NCBI RefSeq assembly: GCF_044704955.1
Contig: NC_092010.1
Coordinates: forward strand, 6,634,001-6,698,000
Direction: 5' to 3'
Source of the DNA: Pristiophorus japonicus
Taxonomy: Eukaryota
DNA: 64,000 bases
Shown here: in pieces, positions 59,353 to 64,000 of the stretch
Layout of the letters: each line of letters begins with the position of its first letter
Position numbering within the stretch: the stretch's first letter is position 1
Position numbers and translations under genes: made by a program
The notes under the pieces: generated by a model
What the model was told of the DNA's origin: nothing
Database searches by the model: none
What the model saw: the letters and a program-made list of their open reading frames with translations, nothing else

Positions 59353-60262
59353 TCACTGTGCTGTAAGGTGGTTGGAGATGATGGCTTGGTGTTCAGTAGT
59401 GGGGTCATGGTCCAGGGGGGAGGTAGGAGGAGGTGTTGGAGAGTTGGCGATCAGCCTCTGCAAGGTGGAGGTCAGTTCGCCAAACAACAACAGCGCTACC
59501 CTGGTCAGCAGGTTTGATGACAATGTTGGGGTTGGATCTGAGCGAGCGGAGTGCTGCACGTTCAGAGGGAGGGAGGTTGGAGTGAGTGAGGGGAGCAGAG
59601 ACATTGAGATGGCCGATGTCCCATCGGCAGTTTGCAATGAAGAGGTCGAGAGAGGGTAAGAGGCCACAGAGGGAGGGGTCCAGGTAGAGCGAGAATTCTG
59701 AACACGGGAGAAAGGGTCAGCTGTGTTGGGGGGAAGACTCCTGGCTGAAGACATGTGCGCGAAGGCGGTGGAAAAAGAGCTCAGCATCGTGCCGAGCTCG
59801 AAATTCATTGAGGTGCGGGGGTGCGTAAGGGGCTGAAGCTCAGGCCTTTGCTGAGGACTGATCGTTCGGGGTCAGAGAGGGAAGATCAGAGGGGATAGTG
59901 AAAACACGGCAGGGTTGAGATTGGAAGAAGGGATGGGATCAGAGGGAAGTGTGGGGGAAGAAGGTTCCGAAGCGGCATTGGTGTCCAAGAGTTGTTGAAG
60001 TTTACTATCCTTGACACCTGAGAGGAAGGAAAAAAGTTGTTAAAGCTTCGGATGAGGTGAAGGATGAAATGGAACTGTGGACGAGGACTGCTTCGAGACA
60101 GAGTGAGTCGGTGCTGCTGAAGATAGAGGGCGAGAGTGTGCATGTGGCAGTGCATAGCGTTGTGCATGCGGCGAGAGCTGTGTTTGGAGGAACGCTGAAT
60201 ATCTGGGAGATACCTATAATCCTGGGTGGATCCAAAACATGGAAGGTGGAATTTCAGTTGGA
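59353..60262 (-). mobile_element. Penelope-like element, N-terminal/pre-RT part, inverted
   Basis: Minus strand, across frameshifts, reads ERSVLSKGLSF...NEFRARHDAELFF...LRSLRSNPNIVIKPADQGSAVVVWRTDL..EADRQLSNTSSY, then PLDHDPTTEHQ. This is the IKPADKG-type motif that precedes PLE reverse transcriptases. Confidence 0.8.
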
Positions 60263-61085
60263 ATTCCTCCCCTCCCCTCTCGGCATTCCGATGGGACCGC
60301 TTCCTCCGCGACCCCCTGGTCCATTCTGCAAGCACCCCCTCCCCTTCCCACGGCACCTTCCCGTGCAAGCGCAGGAGATGCAACACCTGCCCTTTTACCC
60401 CCTCCCTTCCCACTGTCCAGGCCCCCAAACACTCCTTCCAGGTGAAACAGCGATTTACTTGTACTTCTTTCAATGTAGTATACCGTATTCACTGCTCACG
60501 ATGCGTTCTCCTCTACATTGGGAAGACTGAGCGTAGATTGGGCGACCGCTTTGCGGAGCACCTCCGTTCAGTCTGTAAGTGTGACCCTGAGCTTCCGACC
60601 GCCTGTCACTTTAATTCTCCGCTCCACTCCCACTTTGACCTCTCCGTCCTCAGCCTCCTGCACTGTTCCATTGAAGCTCAACACAAGCTCGAGGAACAGC
60701 ACCCCATCTTTCGGTTAGGCACTTTACAGCCTCTGGACTCAACATCGAGTTCAACAATTTCAGAGCGTAACCGCTGCCCTTTTTTTTTCAGAAGCCAGCT
60801 GTTGATGAATCTGCCATGCCCATTTACACCCTATCTCCTTTTGTCTTGCACTACCTTTTGTCATTTATTCACTCCTACCTCCCACCCTATCACAGACCTT
60901 CCCTTTTATAGTTCCCTCCCCCCCCCCCCCCCCCCCCACCTTTCCCTGCCCCTACACTTGCTTAAAACCTGTCGCATCGCTAACTTTTTATAGTTCTGAC
61001 AAAGCGTTATCGACCTGAAACATTAACTCTGTTTCTCTCTCCACAGATGCTGACCTGTTGAGTATTCTCAGCATTTTCTGTTTTT
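60263..61085 (+). mobile_element. Penelope-like element, GIY-YIG endonuclease and 3' end
   Basis: CKRRRCNTC, FTCTSFNVVYRIHCSRCVLLYIGKTERRLGDRFAEH, ACHFN and KLEEQHPIFRLGTLQP. Followed by a pyrimidine-rich UTR and terminal ...CACAGATGCTGACCTGTTGAGTATTCTCAGCATTTTCTGTTTTT. Confidence 0.9.
60992..61028 (+). ncRNA. Decayed minimal type I hammerhead ribozyme (Penelope-associated)
   Basis: AGTT-CTGACAA-AGCGTTATCGACCT-GAAA-CATT-AACT. Stem I AGTT/AACT is intact, the CUGANGA core has G8>A, GAAA is intact, and the stem III palindrome AACGTT is mutated to AACATT. Confidence 0.6.
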
Positions 61086-61640
61086 GTTTAGCATTATCTT
61101 ATATTTGAATTAAACAACATAAGTAGCCCCAGGTCATTTAATACAAATTGTCTTACGAGTTGATTTGAATGAAGTAGCGTTGAGTGTCGATGAAGCAGTG
61201 TGTTGGGTATGTGGGTCAGGGCAGTGGCCCAAATGATGGTGCCTGTGTGCCTGGCTCTTCCTGGGGTGCAGTTCAATGGGTAAAGCGAAGCCACCACTAA
61301 TTCACTCAAGTTCCACGGGGCTGTGTAACCATCAAGGGCATTTCAGCCAATCAGATCCTGTACTCAGCCAATGTCCACCATTTTCAGCAGAGGTCATTGG
61401 GAACAGGAACCCTGGTTGGTTGCTGGGGGGACCGAGGCGATTGGTCACTGGCCTGGATGAGACCAGCTAACACCAAACAATGTGGGACTGCTGAAGTGCC
61501 CTTGTGCCTTTCCCCAGTGATCTGGCAGCCTGCTTATTCATGTCGGATGTGACAGGAGACTGTTTTGTAAAAATTGTGGTACAGTTATCTTCACACTTTT
61601 CACTTTGCACCTGCCAGTAATCATCTGCCTTATTTCACAG

Positions 61641-61721
61641 TCAGCAATGCTCAGAGAAAACCCTGTGAAATCCCTCTAAGCACTTGGACGTGTCCTCCGC
61701 CCGAGGAAGACTGGGAGAAAG
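61641..61721 (+). CDS. gtsf1: GTSF1 coding exon C: (V)SNAQRKPCEIPLSTWTCPPPEEDWEK, PIWI-binding central region
   Basis: Acceptor TATTTCACAG ends at 61640; phase 1 in and out; donor AG|GTCCGT. Matches recalled STWQCPPCDEDWDK. Confidence 0.9.
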
Positions 61722-61754
61722 GTCCGTGTGCAGTTTATTTCAATGCCTTTGCTT

Positions 61755-62478
61755 ACATAAGAACATAAGAAATAGGAGCAGGAGCAGGCCATATGGCCCC
61801 TCGAGCCTGCTCCACCATTTAATAAGATCATGGCTGATTCGATCATGGACTCAGCTCCACTTCCCCGCCCGCTCCCCATGACCCCTTATCCCCTTATCGT
61901 TTAAGAAACTGTCTATCTCCGCCTTAAATATATTCAATGTCCTGGCTTCCACAGTTCTCTGAGGCAGCGAATTCCACAGATTTACAACCCTCAGACAAGA
62001 AATTCCTCCTCATCTCAGTTTTAAAAGGGCGACCACTTATTCTAAGATCATGCCCTCTAATTCTAGTCTCCCCCATCAGTGGAAACATCCTCTCTGCATC
62101 CACCTTGTCAAGCCCCCTCATAATCTTATATTCTCGATAAGATCACCTCTCATTCTTCTGAATTCCAATGAGTATAGTCCTAACCTACTCAACCTATCTT
62201 CATAAGTCATCCCCTCATCTCCGGAATCAACCGAGTGAACCTTCTCTGAACAGCCTCCAATGCAAGTATATCCTTTCGTAAATACAGAGACCAAAACTGC
62301 ACGCAGCACTCCAAGTGTGGCCTCACCAATACCCTGTAGTAAAACTTCCCTGCTTTTATACTCCAACCCCCTTACAATAAAGACCAAGATTCCATTGGCC
62401 TTCCTGATCACTTGCTGTACCTGCATACTAACCTTTTGTGTTTCATGCACAAGGACCCCCAGGTCCCGCTGTACTGCT
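61755..62478 (-). mobile_element. CR1 LINE 3' fragment, antisense to GTSF1
   Basis: ACATAAGAACATAAGAA octamer tail. Minus-strand peptides [30 protein letters not shown] and RGLDKVDAERMFPLMGETRIRGHDLRI. Confidence 0.93.
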
Positions 62479-63116
62479 TGTGTGTGAATTTCCTTTTGAT
62501 CCTACGCGAACCCCAACCCCCAGGATATTGTGCATCCCGTGTACCCCTGACCTGAACTGACTCCGAGCCCTGAACAGAGCCACCTGCAATATTATTCTCT
62601 GTGCCTGGGGTGGGGGGGGAACACATCTGACCATGTCCAAATGCTATTGGGGTTGGCCAGATTGAGGAGAAGGGAGAAAGCAAGCACTCCACACATCACG
62701 CGACAGGAACCGCTCACTAAAAATTTGCAAGAGGTTAAACCTCCGAGTTTTACTCCCCGAAAATGGAGAGCGTTGTGCCGGTTTCTGCGCTGCCCCTCGC
62801 TGCCCGAGGCCACAGTCCAGCACCATTCACTCGTGTCGGTGACCAAGGGGTGAGTGGACAGGGAGTTCCGAGCCCACACACTTGGCAGCTCATTGTGTAC
62901 CTTGCCGGTACTCCGGTTGCAAAGTGCTTTCACCGTGGCGAATCAGCAGGGATAAATATGTCACTTTATATTGCCCTGTGCACTGTGATCATCAATCTCA
63001 TGTACTACATAGTACAGTTGAGCATAAAGTATTGATCTTCAAGCTATTACTGCAGTTTGGATTCTCTTGCTAACCTTGTTACACTTTATTTTACCCTTGT
63101 TACTGATGTTCTGCAG

Positions 63117-63186
63117 ATGACGATGAGTCTTCTGGCACTTTCATCTACGGCTACTCCAATCTGAGCCGAAATTGCATCAAAGCCAG
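63117..63186 (+). CDS. gtsf1: GTSF1 coding exon D: (D)DDESSGTFIYGYSNLSRNCIKA(R/S)
   Basis: Acceptor GTTCTGCAG ends at 63116 after a pyrimidine-rich stretch; phase 1 keeps the frame. TFIYG aligns with recalled PFVWG. Either donor CAG|GTAGCT (phase 2) is used, or read-through meets TAG at 63188-63190. Confidence 0.78.
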
Positions 63187-63465
63187 GTAGCTATCCTTAT
63201 AAAATAGACAAAGGATTGAGAGTTTTGCTGGAAGTGTGTGTCTGACCTGCGCCCGTTGGGACGCTCTGCTACTTCCGCAAGCTGTGTATTTTACATGCAG
63301 TGTCAGCAGCCGCACATGGTTCCCGTGCTTACATACAAACTTCGCAATAGTCTGCAAGACAGGCCAACACATAAGTACATGTCTCACTCGTCACCATTTT
63401 CAAACCAAAATTCACATTGGCAAACCGAACCACAGAGTAAAGTCTGTGTCTCCAGGATTCTGTAG

Positions 63466-63613
63466 GTCTGGAATGACCACATCTCCCACTCCACCTCGAA
63501 CTGTTCACACAGTTCTGCCCTGGGAGTGTTTAATGGGACAGTGTAGAGGGAGCTTTACTCTGTATCTAACCCGTGCTGTACATGCCCTGGGAGTGTTTGA
63601 TGGGACAGTGTAG
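63466..63613 (+). CDS. gtsf1: Possible GTSF1 next/terminal exon: (R)SGMTTSPTPPRTVHTVLPWECL...DGTV*
   Basis: TTCTGTAG|G acceptor is in phase with exon D. SGM...VLPW resembles the recalled mammalian SGMRVPKSLPYVLPW. However, LPW coincides with the start of the 67-bp repeat, and a competing AG lies 10 nt upstream. Confidence 0.25.
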
Positions 63614-63948
63614 AGGGAGCTTTACTCTGTATCTAACCCGTGCTGTACCTGCCCAGGGAGTGTTTGATGGGACAGTGTAGAGAGAGCTTTACTCTGTATC
63701 TAACCCGTGCTGTACCTGCCCTGGGAGTGTTTGATGGGACAGTGTAGAGGGAGCTTTACTCTGTATCTAACCCCGTGCTGTACCTGCCCTGGGAGTGTTT
63801 GATGGGACAGTGTAGAGGGAGCTTTACTCTGTATCTAACCCCGTGCTGTACCTGCCCTGGGAGTGTTTGATGGGACAGTGTAGAGGGAGCTTTACTCTGT
63901 ATCTAACCCCATGCTGTACCGGCCCTGGGAGTGTTTGATGGGACAGTG
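63515..63948. repeat. 67/68-bp tandem repeat, ~6.4 copies
   Basis: Unit CTGCCCTGGGAGTGTTTGATGGGACAGTGTAGAGGGAGCTTTACTCTGTATCTAACCC(C)GTGCTGTAC starts at 63515, 63582, 63649, 63716, 63784, 63852 and 63920. Confidence 0.95.
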
Positions 63949-64000
63949 GGTGCCTGAAATGGGTACTTGTTCTAATTGCCAGCAGTAGCTCCCTCCTCGT

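Noticed and set aside
60226-60993. 255-aa ORF as a host GIY-YIG nuclease gene
   Set aside because: Its start lies in the inverted half of the Penelope-like element, and the C-terminus is frameshifted after LGTLQP; it is a transposon relic.
62641-62855. Possible extra exon ending at the strong donor GG|GTGAGT (~62850)
   Set aside because: No convincing pyrimidine-rich acceptor in a compatible phase (CCAG|ATTGA gives an immediate stop) and no GTSF1 similarity.
63515-63948. Regularly spaced repeats as a possible CRISPR array
   Set aside because: Head-to-tail identical units with no unique spacers; eukaryotic context and no cas genes.

Overview
Eukaryotic, vertebrate DNA. The repeat repertoire (Deu-domain SINEs, CR1, RTE, a Penelope-like element and a 67-bp GGGAGTGTTTGATGGGACAG tandem repeat) suggests a cartilaginous fish, which is an inference. 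Bases 1-47858 are one G-rich satellite built from a 24-bp unit (two related 12-mers), with two sequence subtypes and several higher-order duplications. The long ORFs called in it are artefacts of the 24-bp period. The array ends about 10 bp from a GC-box/NRF1-like/MYB-like promoter of the one real gene in the window, the + strand piRNA-pathway gene GTSF1. I can support a probable non-coding exon 1 and four coding exons (48459-48560, 59025-59151, 61641-61721, 63117-63186) encoding two CHHC zinc fingers and the PIWI-binding Trp region; a further exon near 63466 is possible. The introns hold nested retroelements, an inverted Penelope-like element with a decayed hammerhead ribozyme, a 229-N gap, and a 20-bp minisatellite that appears derived from a LINE-tail microsatellite. 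Family assignments and mammalian GTSF1 comparisons are from recall, not database searches.
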